From Gonapodya sp. JEL0774 (lineage: Eukaryota), in assembly GCA_027604505.1 (NCBI GenBank), contig JADIIX010000015.1:186001-238935 (forward strand): a stretch of 52,935 bases of DNA, read 5' to 3'. The position numbers and the translations under genes were made by a program. The notes below the pieces were generated by a model. That model saw only the letters and a program-made list of their open reading frames with translations. It was not told the DNA's origin and made no database searches. How positions within the stretch are numbered: the first letter of the stretch is position 1; the number at the start of each line of letters is the position of its first letter. Positions 28,986 through 41,630 of the stretch are shown here, piece after piece.

Positions 28986-31900
28986 ATGCCCACTCGTGCA
29001 ACCGGATTCGCCCTTGAATCTGAACGACCCTTCAAACTACCTTCGGGCTACGGATCCAGCGTTGTGGTTTATCGTCTGGAAACTGTCGCGGGAGATGATT
29101 TGAATGATACCGCTCCCCCAACGCCCTCTCTCTCTACCCACGCTTCGAACCAATTAGTAGCACCACAGACGAGCTCTGCATTTCGCCTTGTATTGATCGA
29201 CATACCTGGTCCTCTGGTGTCCGCAAGTTTCATTGTACCCACACAGTCTTTGGGTGATGCTGGTGAAGCTCACACATTGGAGCATCTCGTGTTTTGTGGC
29301 AGCAAGTTTTTGGCGCCTCATCGCGGATACTTGGACTTGCTCGCAAATCGATCCCTTTCGACCGGTACGAATGCCTACACATCGGAAGACCATACCGCCT
29401 ACCTCGCAGTAACCGTGGGTGGGTACAATCCGACGGTTGCTTGCACATACCAAAGACGAACTTCAATTGGACTCGATGCCAATGCAGTGCTACGTGCTAT
29501 TTGGAGAAATTAGAAACTGAAAGCATCGGGCATATTTGAAACAGTATGACATTTCTCTTGCTCTCAGGTCTAACCGGCATGCTCAACCTCCTACCGGTGT
29601 TTCTGGACCACGTCTTGCATCCAACTCTACGCGACTCACAATTTCTCACAGAAGTACATCACGTTGATGGGCAAGGCGCACATCAAGGGGTTGTCTACTG
29701 TGAGATGGCGAGCAGAGAGAACACGGAAGGAGATTTGGTAGGTAGTATTTTTGCATAGTTTGGACCATGCAAAGTGGCCACCATGATCCTTGGACCCGTT
29801 TTCGCACGGTTTGAAGCGAATATTAATGGAACAGTGGTTGACACGTTTGGTTGTATTCCCGTCATAGTTGGATCACGCCGTCCGGAGGCACCTCTTCTCT
29901 GATGTCACAACGTATTCTCGAGAGTGTGGTGGCTTAACGCCAGAGATTATTAAGCTCGATAATGATACGATCAAACGATACCATGGAACGTAAGTTGCAG
30001 TGTTCATTCAAAAGCTCTTGTGGGCAAAATTTTCACGTTCCCTCTTTCGACTTAGCTTCTATGCGCTCGAAAACGTAGCTCTTGTAATCTGTGGCCATCA
30101 GATCTCCGAGTCATCGGTCTTTGCTCACATGCAACCAGTACTCGACCTTGCCCTCGCCGAACCTCGTTCAGACTTGCGACTGTTTACTTCGCCATCGCCC
30201 CCTCCTCCGCTGCCACCTTTTCAATCCTTCACTCATTCGTTTCCCGCATCTGCTTCTTCCGCGTCTCATGGTTCCGTCGCCTACGCGTGGCCAGGACCTG
30301 CGAGTGAGGACGTAGCTACAAATGTAGCCCTTGATGTGCTGATTCGTTTTATGACTGAAACCGCCGCAAGTGTACTGAGTGCGGCATTCGTTGAGAGGGA
30401 GAAACCCTGGGCAAGCGGAGTTGATGGAGATGTGAGGGGTTGGGTGTGGGGTGGGATCGTCATAGAGTTTTCCGGAGTTCCCTGCAAGAAGAGAAAGATA
30501 GATCTGAGCGACCACAACGGAAGAAACGGGGTGCATCCAGACGGTCAGGTTGGACGTGAAGAAGTAGATGAAATTGTGGAGGGCGATCAGTTGGACGATG
30601 CCGAGTGGGAAGATGTCGACGGACAGAGGAATGCAGAAAAATACGATTTGAGAGGCTCGGAAGATGGCGGCAGTGATGACGACGATAGCTCAAACGGTAG
30701 TTCAGAAGATGAATCTGGTCCGGATTCATCCTCCCTGGATTCATCATCGTCTACCTCATCGTCCTCGGCACGAACGTCACCTCTCCCTGATCTCTTCTCA
30801 CCTGGCGTCTTTCATGCCCAACTTCGGTCCACATTTACCTCACTCATTACCTCACATTCTCTGAACCCTTCTGATATGAAACTGATTCTCCGGCGTCATC
30901 GGGTGAAACTCCTTGAAGCGCTTCAAGAGGATCCTCATGACGTTCTTACTTCCAGCATTGTACTAGATCTGGTTAGACACCATATGGCACCATCTTCAGC
31001 GCTGGCTGATACTCGGGCGGAAGGCGGTGTCCCTGTTATCGGAACAAGAACATCAGTGTTTGAAGAGATCGATAAATTGGAGAATGAGGGTACGGCAGAA
31101 TTCTGGGAAGACCTCCTGCGCAAGTGGTTTGTAGATGCCCCCTGTGTGGAAGTTTTCATGGTCCCGAGCCCGGAGCTAGCTGAAAAGCAAGCTAGAGACA
31201 AGGATCGAGAGCGCAAAGAGCTGACAAAAAAGTTAGGCGCCGAGGGACTTGTCAAGCTTGGGTGGGAAGCAGAGGCGGCCATCGAGGACAACAAAGTTAA
31301 TTTACCACAAGACTTGGTCGCCTCTATGCCACCAGTTCCAGATGCGACTATTGCAGCTAAGATCCCCGTGTCTGTAGAAACAGTTGACCTAACCGGTCGG
31401 GGAATAGTTGACTGCTGTCCGTTTGGCGTCGCACAAGTGGTGAGGACAGAGACGGCCTTTGCCACATGCAAGTTGGCTCTCAACTCCGCCCACTTGCCGG
31501 ACCACCTCAGGCCATATCTCGTTCTATTCCAGGAACTTCTGTTTGCGTCACCCCTCACTGTCTCCGCTGCTGATGCACTTCTTGGTCAAAAGGAAATCAC
31601 CCTTTCGACTTCCGAAACTGGCGGTGTCATAGTCGGCTGGGCTGACGTTGCCACTCATTCATCACACGTACTTGCATCGCACGCTGCCTCAGTTGGACTC
31701 GGAAATGACATTTTTCATACGTCGTGGTTGTCCGAACTCTTCATCCTAGAAGGATCGTGCCTTCCAGAGGACTTTACGTCAGCATGTGCATGGCTTGTAC
31801 GTGTCCTCATGTGTTCATCCTGGACGGAGGAACGCGTACTCGCAGTCGCTAGGAACCTGGATGGTGATTGCGTGGATACTGAGAGAGATGCCTCAGGGAT

Positions 31901-33488
31901 GGTAGTTGCAGTGGGGACGAGAATAATGTGTTATGGGGACAGTGGAAACTCAAATGGCAAGGATAATGGACTAAGCGTGCCTCGAAGGCGGGCCAGGACT
32001 GTTGGAAACCTGAACGATGCTGCTATCAGTATTTTTGCACAGAAGAAGTTCTTGAGAAACGTAGTGAAGCGAATAGAGAATGGCGAGGGTACCGAAGTTC
32101 TGGACAGTTTGGAACGGGTCAAACGTTGCCTTGTTACAGCAGCTGCGAGCAGTGACGGAATAACACTGGACAGAACAGCGGGATTCATTCAGATCTCTGT
32201 CCCAGCAAACTTCACAACGTCTTCCGGGAAGGATTGTCTTGACTCTTTCTTAACAACTTGGGAAGCTGAGTACAAAAATTGGAAAGCAATTCGATCTGAG
32301 ATGTCCGACGATGCACTATCGAAGCATCTGTTAAGAACACTACACCAGAGTCCGCAAGGCTTCGAGCCACCACTCTCTCCATTCCCGTTCCCACGTACCA
32401 CTTTCGACGCGTCCATAGTTTCTCAGAAGCTCACGAAATCCGTTGCAGTGCCACTTAAAGGCGTTACTGCATGTTTTCTAAGCCAAGTGGTGCCCTGTGA
32501 CTTACTTGAGATCCCATTTCATCCCGACCACTATCCTGGTGAGTTTCTACGCACTTTGTTTCCAAGTGTTGTGCGTTGTCACGGTGTGAGCCTAAACAAG
32601 CTCATTGCGCCAGTGGTGCTCTTGTGTGAACTCATTTCACGCACAGAAGGTCCTCTGTACACTGCTGTGCGGGGGGCTGGCCATGCTTATGGCGCGTCTG
32701 TAAGCTCTTATCTATGGACTGGGCAACTGGGGATTGATATACACGACTCGCAAGAGCCAAGAAAGGCGTTACTGTCATTTTACAACATCCTCGAGCAACT
32801 TCAGACAGACGAAGGCTGGAACAATTTGTGCTCCGATTTTGATATCGAGACCGCCAAAGCGAGTGTAGCATATCGTTTAGTTGCAGCAAGATCCACAGCG
32901 GACGGCGTGGTCTCATGTGCCTTGCGCGCAGCGTTGAGAGTGCGTCCATTGCCTGCTATGTGATCGAAAGGATGATGTCAGCCTCACCTTTAATCGTGAT
33001 GTACAGGGTCACGGAACATTGGAAGAAGAGGAGAAATTTCAGAGAACACTATATTCTGTGACATCTCACGATCTTCGGAGAGTTTTTAAAAAGTATTTCA
33101 CACAATTTTTGGACCCGAAACTGTGAGTTTGTTGCATCAATTCTGATGTAACTCATCCACGTCACATTCTCTTGTTCGTAGTCGAGTTACTATTCTCACG
33201 TGTCCCCCGGAACCGCTCACATCGGAAATTGTCAGCCAGTTCTTGAAATACCCTTCAGAAGCAGAAATACAAAGTGCATGGCCATATTTGAAAGCACATT
33301 CGAACAGTGAAAGTAGTACGTTCAAGAAAGTAGCAGCGAAAATTGCGGGATCAAAACGAAAACGGCAGAAAGTGATTGTGAAGAACAGCCGTACCACTGA
33401 CAGAGCCAAGAACGACGGGGGACGAGTCCCATATGCTATAAATTTCAGATCATTGAAAGTTAAAGACCTTGAGATCATCTTTGATTAG
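28986..33488 (+). CDS. Peptidase family M16 (insulinase/LuxS-MPP-like) zinc metalloprotease, multi-exon
   Basis: Inverted zinc motif GEAHTLEHLVFCGS, NAYTSEDHTAY, GVVYCEM, and C-terminal-half GPLYTAVRGAGHAYGA. Confidence 0.9.
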
Positions 33489-33539
33489 CACCATGAACTC
33501 GTGTACAGAGCTTGTATTATTATCTAGAATTTGCCAGCT

Positions 33540-35143
33540 CTAGAGTTTGGCAACATCGTTTTTGTCCGGTATTTCGATGACTACCTTCCCGTATGTTTTG
33601 CGACCCGCGAGATCCACCAAGCCACGGGGGATACTTTCCAGGCCTTTGTACGTGCCTGGAAAGACTACCGGACGATATGGGGTGGATGCGAATATGTCAA
33701 ATATGCCCCGCCAAGAACCCGGAATTACAGATGGATCTTGCCGTGAGTCTAGTGTTCGTGCGAGTGAATTAGAATTGCCATGGCAAAACGAGTTTTATCA
33801 GCAGGAGAACTCACTTTCGCCAGCCCTTACACCAATAATCGAAATCTGCTTAATGAGCGTTCGGTTCATCGGAACCATTTCTGGATCTTTAGCGGCGTCT
33901 CGAGCGACGAATCCTTGGAATAAAGTATTTCCAAAAAGTAAAGCACTAACTTGGGTCCAAACGCGACTTACCGATCAACAAGATTCGGCAGTTCCAAGCA
34001 GCGGCGCTCAGGCTTGGGGTGACGAGACCAACAGGGTCATACTACGAACGCCGGCTTTCATGTGAGGCTCCAAATGAGCGAACGGCGTGCACTCGAGTAC
34101 TAACCACCACATCTGCGCCAATCCAGACACCTTTTCTCCCCAGGGACTTGGATATCTTTTTGACTTCATCTACCCAATTGGGACTTTCACTGTAGTTGAT
34201 GGTGTAGTCGCATCCGTTTTCCTTCAGTATACGGAGCTTCTCTGCGGTAGATGCTGTTCCAATAACTGTACAGCCTACGTATTTAGCGACGTGAACGGCG
34301 GCAAGGCCGACCCCGCCAGCGGCAGCATGGACAAGAACAAGTTCGCCTGGCAGTGGAAAGAATCCAACACGGTGTTGCATGCGATGAATACCAATACTCA
34401 TACACGCAGCCACAAATCAAGAGTTTTGGTCCCTGCTTTCACACACCTTTCTTTATCTGTCCCCGGAGGACCAGACCTGCCCATGCCTGGAGGCATTCTC
34501 TTTCATGAAAGTATGTAAACTAAAATGAAATGCGAGTAGCTCACTGTATTATAGTTTGCCAACACGTTGCAACTCTGCGCGTAGCTCAGTTCCTCTGGGG
34601 TTCTGAACAAGCGGTACATCTTCTCCAGAGAAATCGGATCCACAACGACAATCTTTTCCTGCCAGCACCCATTTCCAGCCAGGTCAACCCCACCGAATAG
34701 TCGAGTGCCAATGGGGTAGTGCGGCTTCATTTCGGGGCCGGCTTGAGGCCGTTTTCAAAAGCTGGCGTAACCACGTAAAGAAATCAGAACACACCTTCGC
34801 AGACATATCCAGCCCATTCCATACCGCCCACAAATGGCAGCTTCGGTTTGTGCTGTCATTTACGGGATAAATCACAAATTTGTTGTTCCGTCTTCGGGAA
34901 TTCCAATCTTTACCTGATGCTTTCCCTGAATCCGCAGAAAGTCAACAAAGTTTAGACCTTGTGATAACATCGAGGGGGTTTCGTATATGAGTCTTAGTAC
35001 CTCACGGGTGCCGGAAATGCTGAAAACCCACCAATTGCCTTCACTTGTACAACGATGCCGTTATGAGGACACAAGGGATCCGGTACATTACTGACAGATA
35101 AGCCCTCAGGGGTGGTAAGTCTATGAATGACGACTGCTTTCAT
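33540..35143 (-). CDS. MDR-family NADPH:quinone oxidoreductase (zeta-crystallin-like) with PTS1
   Basis: MKAVVIH..., GLNFVDFLRIQGKHQ, VLVHAAAGGVGLAAVHVAKYVGCTVIGTAS and GKVVIEI...DVAKL*. Confidence 0.88.
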
Positions 35144-35695
35144 TGTGTGAGATCCAGGGGATGTCGGATGTTCTGTTCCGGTGGTTTTTACTTGGATGCC
35201 CCACTCTGCACGACTTCAGTGCGAGATATTTTCTTGGCGATTTCTCGGATTGTCGAATGCTGTAACGCAGAGCTCCCTGTTCTCAGCAGATCAACGGTCC
35301 TACTAAGAATTCGCGAACAACCTATTAATCGGGAATCGCACTCCTTGCTCCTCGCAACGTCAGTGCGAGTTGGAGCGGAGCATTTCGTGATTATCCTTAT
35401 TCCCAATATCAAAAAGCTAGGACAAACCAAAGGTCTTCAGCTCTAATTTGATTGAGTGTTGTGCCTTGCCTTGTACTTTCTCGCACATGTGGAGATATGG
35501 TCGAGCGACCGTTGCCGCAGAAAGGGGTACTCATAATTGTGGAATGTAAAATACATGGGTGGTAACTAGTTGTGAAGCCAAGAAAATATGCAATATCGTG
35601 CGTGTAGAGCAGATTCCTTTGGTTTTCAAGTGTTGCTTATGTTGGTGTTTGTGACGGCCCTCGGGAAACCTCTCCAATGAAGTGTGCCAAGTTCC

Positions 35696-38600
35696 TCACG
35701 GATCTCGGACCTCCACCGCCTTCACCACCATCAAGCTTTCCTCCATCCCCTCGCTTGCCTTAACATTCTCCTGCACCGTCGCCTCCACTTCCTTGAAAAA
35801 CCCCGATCCTGCTGCCATCAGGATCCAAAACACACCACTCGGAACAACCAATGTGGGTGCAAATAACATCCCCAAGTTCGACGCAGTCATCCGATTGAAG
35901 TCGGATCGCCCGGCCACACGGTCAAGGTGGTCAAACAAGACCGCAAGAAGTGCACGGTTCGCCTTAGGAAGCTGGGCTACGAGACCACGAAGGGCTAAGA
36001 GTTTCTCCTCGCGAGAGGAAAGTTCTACGAGGTTATTGGAGGTAAAGAGATTATTTTGGCAGCTTAGGATTATCGCGTCAAGTCAACGTCCAAGCGGGGT
36101 CAACACGCACCCAGAACATTCCTGAACTTCTGTGTGAGCGCCCAAGTCAGTATAGGCTCTGGTAAGTCCCGTAAATACTGCTTTAGGAGTGATGCTACGG
36201 AGTGTGCATCGAACGGCGGTCCGATTTGGTCGTCGTTGGTGGAAATGAGATCTAGGTCACCAGCTTTTGAAAATCGTGAGAAACACAAGCTTAATCGGGA
36301 GCGAGACGAAACAAGGTGCAATCTACCTAATTCAAATTGTTCTCGGAGCCAGTTCACAACGTGGACGCTGCCCGATTGACGGTAGATACCTTCTTCATCC
36401 AAACCTTTCGGTACGAATATCAGGCGGGTAAATCTGGCAATGAAAACGTTGTCCCGACGGTTGACTACTTCACAAACATACCTTTGGACTCCAGAAACTC
36501 CAAACACCTGAAAACAACGGCTGGTACCTCGTGCTGACCTACTGAATGTCGACCGTACGCGATCGCGCTATCGAGTGGCACGCCAAACACTCTATTGTTG
36601 GCTGGGTTGGCACGAAAACGCGTATCAATGGAGGAAGTAGAGTTGGAAGAGGCGTGGCGAAAGAAAGAAGAGTTCTTTGAAGTGGCGGGTGGGAAGTTCG
36701 CAGCTGATCGGGCAGTCCCGATGAGAGTGTGGGAATACTCGTCCTCACATTCGCGCAACTCACCCGACGAATTGAATACATAATTCATCACGCTCAATCT
36801 CTTTTTTTCATTCGTTTCTCGTGGGTCAATCCCTTCCCGTAGTCTCGGTTGCGCCACCTTCTCCCGGGTCAATGCTCCAGCCAAAAAACTGGATAAGCTC
36901 TCCGACAAACTCCTTCCACCGTCCTTTTTCTTCCTGATTGGAGTTTCTCGCTCAATATCTGACCCACTATCATCTGCACCTGCCACGTGCTTCTTACGAC
37001 TTCGGTCACTATTTTCTCGATGGAGTGATGGTATTGATAATGACAGAGAGAAGGGGTGAACCCAAGATAAGCGGTTTGGCTTCCTCCCAGGTATTGGTGA
37101 AGTTGCCAGCTTGGCCGCTGCTGCGGAAGAGGATGATGCTGTAGGGTGGGTGCCTGATGCAGAGGCGGGGCGCGGAAACCAGGAACGACGCTCACGAGGA
37201 TGATGCACACGAGAGGTAGGTGCTGATGACAGGGAAGAGGATAGGGGGGCGAGACCGGTGTCGGTGCTGTCGAGGTGCGGGGATGACGACCGGGTGGAAC
37301 GGTCGGGGGACTGGTGTGGGGAGGGAGGCGACACGAGGAGTGCAGGACCCGTAGCACCGCGCATGTGTGCTTGTGAGGGGTATACTTCGCGGTATTCACG
37401 GTGAGATATCGACGCCAACGGAGTTTCGGAATTTTCGGAGTTCAGCCGGAAGGAAGATCGCTCGTCGCTTGCTTTCGCATAGGAACGTTCTCCTGTTCTG
37501 TCATTGACATCAATAGTGTGACTGCTCGAGACGCTGTGCCGCGAAGAAACACCGCTGTCGTGGCTGAGTCGGGCAGTCCCACTTTGACTTTGACTTTGAT
37601 TTTGAGCGTCGACGAGGGGTGGGGCGGCCCCTGAAATCCCAGGGGTTGACGATGACGGTAGCTGAGTGGACGAATGTGGTGGGGAGGCAACCAATTTCTC
37701 GAGGTGTGTTCGTTCAGTCGGGGTGGGAGTTTGGTCCCGACCGGGACGGTGAATTGAAGGGTGAGACAGGTGGCTATCTGAGCGAGTAAGCCGTGGGTGG
37801 TATCGAACATTGCTGAGGCGAGTGATGGTCTTCGGGGACTCTGTGCCGTCCCCTTGGATGCCGAGAGAGTCAAAAGTCAGCGGTTCCCCCAATCCTCTCG
37901 TTACACTTGTGACTGCAGGTATGCCCGTCCATTTATCAAATACCGTCGAATCTCGCTTTCTTGGTACCACTTCAATCTCTCTGGCCGAGCTCTGTACGAC
38001 ACTTCTCACGGGTGTGCTAGGATCAATCACAACTCCACTAGCATTCTGAGATGCAGAGGCTTCGGCATCACTTGTGACCGTATCGACGTCTCTGCTAAGG
38101 TTTCGATGCTTTCCACGACTGGGTTGCCACAAAGCTGCTGCTGCTGCTCTGAAGCCCTGGAGGGAGGAGCTCCGCCCGAGTCCAACACTCTCTCCCGCGC
38201 CACTACCAATTCTTGCCCTTCCCGGTGAGTTCCTCGGCGTTGCTGCAGGGGAGCTCCTTGGAGTGCTCCACCGAGAAGAGGGGTTTCGCGTTGGTGATGA
38301 CCCAATTCCCGTGAGAGCGCTGTTGGAGTCTGAGCGCAAGGACTGAACAAATGTTGCAACGTCGGATGGTGTTGCAGAATCCGGATGCGGTGAGGTAGGC
38401 TCAAATGGAATAAAGCAGGATGTGATTTGGGTGACCAAGGACAAACCAGGTGTCTTTGGTGGGGAGTTGGTTCGAGGGTCGGATGTTGCAGTGTCGGAAG
38501 ATAGGCCTAATGCCACGGGATTGAGCGAGCCAGCTGCAACTTGAGCCAGAATAGAGGAGTGGGCGTCTAGAAGAGCAGACAAGCGCGCATTTTCTGTGCG

Positions 38601-38858
38601 GAGACGCTGGGGCATTAACCAGGAAACTTGGTTAGAGTCTACTTTTCTTTTACTTGAATATTTGTCACCAAGCTAAGCCATAAGCTTGCGAGTGTACGAA
38701 AATGCCATTGAATCGTAATAGAGTCTGGGCGGTCCCGAGTTTCCCGCATATCCAGCGGTTCATGATCCGAGCGCCGCCTTCCTCGCAACTCGTCGGGACG
38801 GAAGACCAGGAGCTCTCACCTCATTTTCTTCGCGCAAACCTTCAACATCAGTCTCCAT
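35696..38858 (-). CDS. RhoGAP-domain protein with long Ser-rich N-terminus
   Basis: VFGVPL...VPAVVFRCLEFLESKG|LDEEGIYRQSGS (arginine finger), VASLLKQYLRDLPEPILT and NRMTASNLGMLFAPTL. The 5' exon METDVEGLREENE is tentative. Confidence 0.88.
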
Positions 38859-39339
38859 CTCGACCGTGTTCGGGTCGGTTTCCCAGAGCTGTGTTTGGAT
38901 TCTCAATCACATACAACAAGAACAAGGGGCGATCAACCCTCTGGCAGGCGAGCTCGAACGGCCAGGGAAAAGTGGCACGGCACCGTAGAGAGAGTCAGAA
39001 CTGACACAAGGAGAAGAGGGAGGAACGATACGCTTTCCGCAAAATCAGACACAAATAGCAGACCACGGGTAGGCGTCGTAAGATATTCTGGTAACATTCA
39101 GCTCCATTCACATAGTGCTATACATCCACGAATCCCCTCGCCACTGACCGCTTTCTTGGTACACTCGTGTCGGGAAATCCGTGCCTGAAAAATGGCTGCG
39201 ATAGGGTAGGACGGATCAGATTCAAACCTGAAAAGACGAGATCCATAATATAGAAGGAGGCCTATCAACTTTTGCCTCATCGCACATCAGCACTGCACGA
39301 ATCCTCACTATCATTAGTCCCAGCGCATCAACCACCCAG

Positions 39340-41155
39340 TCAGGCCCGCCCACTCATCACTCTCCGCGACGCCGCAACATTTAACGTCCCCGCCTCAGCC
39401 CCAGGCACCGACGGTATCCCTCCACCTGAGCCCGACCCTCCTGGCAACCCGGCGGCAGCCGCCGCAGCCGATGTGTCCACGTTGAAAGATTCGCCACAGC
39501 CGCACTGGAAGACGCGGATAAAGAGCAGATGAGAAACGCAAATTTGTGAAAGGGAAAGTTTGGTCGGAAGCAATCACTTACTGCGTCCTTTACGTTTGGG
39601 TTGTTGAACACAAATTTGGCAGAAAGGCGATCCTCGACATAGTCCATTTCGGAACCGATAATGGAGAAAAGGGCTTTGGAGTCGACGAGAACCGTAACGC
39701 CTTGAGAGTTGGGGAGTGGATAATTGCGGGACCCGGGACATTATAAGCAAATTATAAGCAACTTTTATCATGCAACGAGTCTCCTTTCAATGGAAACGAG
39801 AGATGCTCCCACGGAACCGGTCGAGTTCACACCACGATCGGTAATTTGTCCCCGCTTCGACAACGTGCACACTTCAATGATCCGTGTCCGCTAGGCACAC
39901 AGACATCCCATGAGGACGTCGTCACAAGCACTCCCGATACTTTCATCACATACTTACCATCTTGTTCCACCACCTCATCCAGTCTCCCCTTCCCTTCCAC
40001 CTCCTCCAAGAAGTACTGCAGGCCCGAGCAACCCCGGCTCTTCACGCCAACCCGCAGAAACCGGGGTGGACCACCCCGTGAAGCCGAGGTAGATTGAAGG
40101 TGGCGGATACGAGAGACGGCGGAAGGTGTCTGGGCGGAATCAGGGTAGGAGTGCGTGGGATCAAAAAACGATGTTTATATGTCCCTCCGTCTTGTTCAAC
40201 GGTCTGCTCGTCGGTTTTGAATAGGAACGCTAAGTGCTCAGTCCTTAGCAACACTTGTTCCCTGTCTGTGGCTTCATATCTTATGAACCGCCGACCACTG
40301 CAGTTTTCTCGACTGACACATTGGAGTCGCGCTCGAAACCAGCTCATAGAAGCTCTCCGTGCTCAACGACCAATTATGGTATGCGAGCGCCAGCTAATCT
40401 CGGACTCAAAGATGTACACTCCAGTAGATCAGTTCGTCTTTGGTTCCGTGCGGAAAAGCTCTGGTACACTGTAGCCTCTTGATGAAGGATTGAGGACAGA
40501 AAGGCGTGCCCAAAGAGTCATCCATGAAGCTAATTTTTCGGTTAGCAACGACTTTTTCCAGGTCATCGTTGCCGTGTTGACTTCGGATACCCGAATATAA
40601 TCGCAGCAAATCCGCTCCCCAACATGAATTAACCGCGGCTTATAGTTTTCCAGTCATACTGCGCAACGGAAGCTTTGTAAAAAAGCGTGACGTGGAACAG
40701 TCCAGAGATTCCGAGTTCGTTCGGATGCGCAAACCCATCATCTGTTCACGAATCGATTCTCCAAAGACGGCTGAGCTTTCTCATAACACGCAGTTGACCA
40801 CGTCATGCCAGGTAACTTGAGATAAACTGACCCTTACCAGTACTAGTACCGCTTTTCGTGACCTCTGAGGCCTTGCAGCCTTCCGCACAGTTGCGGCGAC
40901 ACTGGACATGTAGCGGGTGTTTGAAGGGAGCTGAGCGGTATAAGACGGAAAAAACGAGGACGACGGAGCATGTGTGGAGAATGAGTGTGGAAAAGCTGGG
41001 TTCGGAGTGAGCTTAGAAGGGAACGATTGAGTGGGGTGAAGACTGAGTCCGATATGGATATTGAATCGGCTGTTCCGGCAACGAGCGACTGCTGGGGAAG
41101 TGCATGAAGCGGATGAAGATGCAGTGAGAGGCCGAAGGACCAGAGACGTGGACAT
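39340..41155 (-). CDS. ISA1: Mitochondrial A-type Fe-S cluster assembly protein (IscA/HesB family)
   Basis: Presequence-like N-terminus, RKAVLVL|TPSAVSRI, LRVGVKSRGCSGLQY and LVDSKALFSIIGSEMDYVEDRLSAKFVFNNPNVKDA|CGCGESF. Confidence 0.93.
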
Positions 41156-41630
41156 GGTTGGGTTGGAATTTATTGTTGAGACTGTACACGATTTGGTGAG
41201 CAATATAATCAAAACCATGTGCAAAAGCACCTCTATCAGCAACAACGCGGATCAGCGACCAGGCAGCCCCTACAACCAGGCATGAAAAGGTGGTGAGCCT
41301 GGATGCGTAACACAGATAAAGTGGAGCTATGTTTTAGAGTTGTCCATGTTGGAACGGGCAGTCACGGGACAGGGCCATTGATTAATATAGCCAGTCAATG
41401 TTCCGAGAACAGGAAGCCTCCAGTTATCAACATTCGAGCGACTTAACATTGCTTACTTCTTACTTCTTCGGAACAACAACACCGCCTTGGTATGGTGCTC
41501 CGACAATGGGCCCCGTGAACTGCCCACCTCTCGTATCTCCTGCGCTCCACCTCTGTGATGGTATCCATACCGAGCCATCTCTATACGGATGTGAGGCAAG
41601 GGAGGGAGAAGAAATCATTCTAGCAACCCC

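Noticed and set aside
40466..40471. CAGTGT iron-responsive-element loop in the ISA1 intron (minus strand)
   Set aside because: Flanking bases do not form the required 5-bp upper stem with a bulged C.
40230..40790. RNase P/MRP-like P4 pairing (GAAAGCTCAG ... CTGAGC) in the ISA1 intron
   Set aside because: The CR-V consensus is not met, and there is too little intron upstream for P1-P3.
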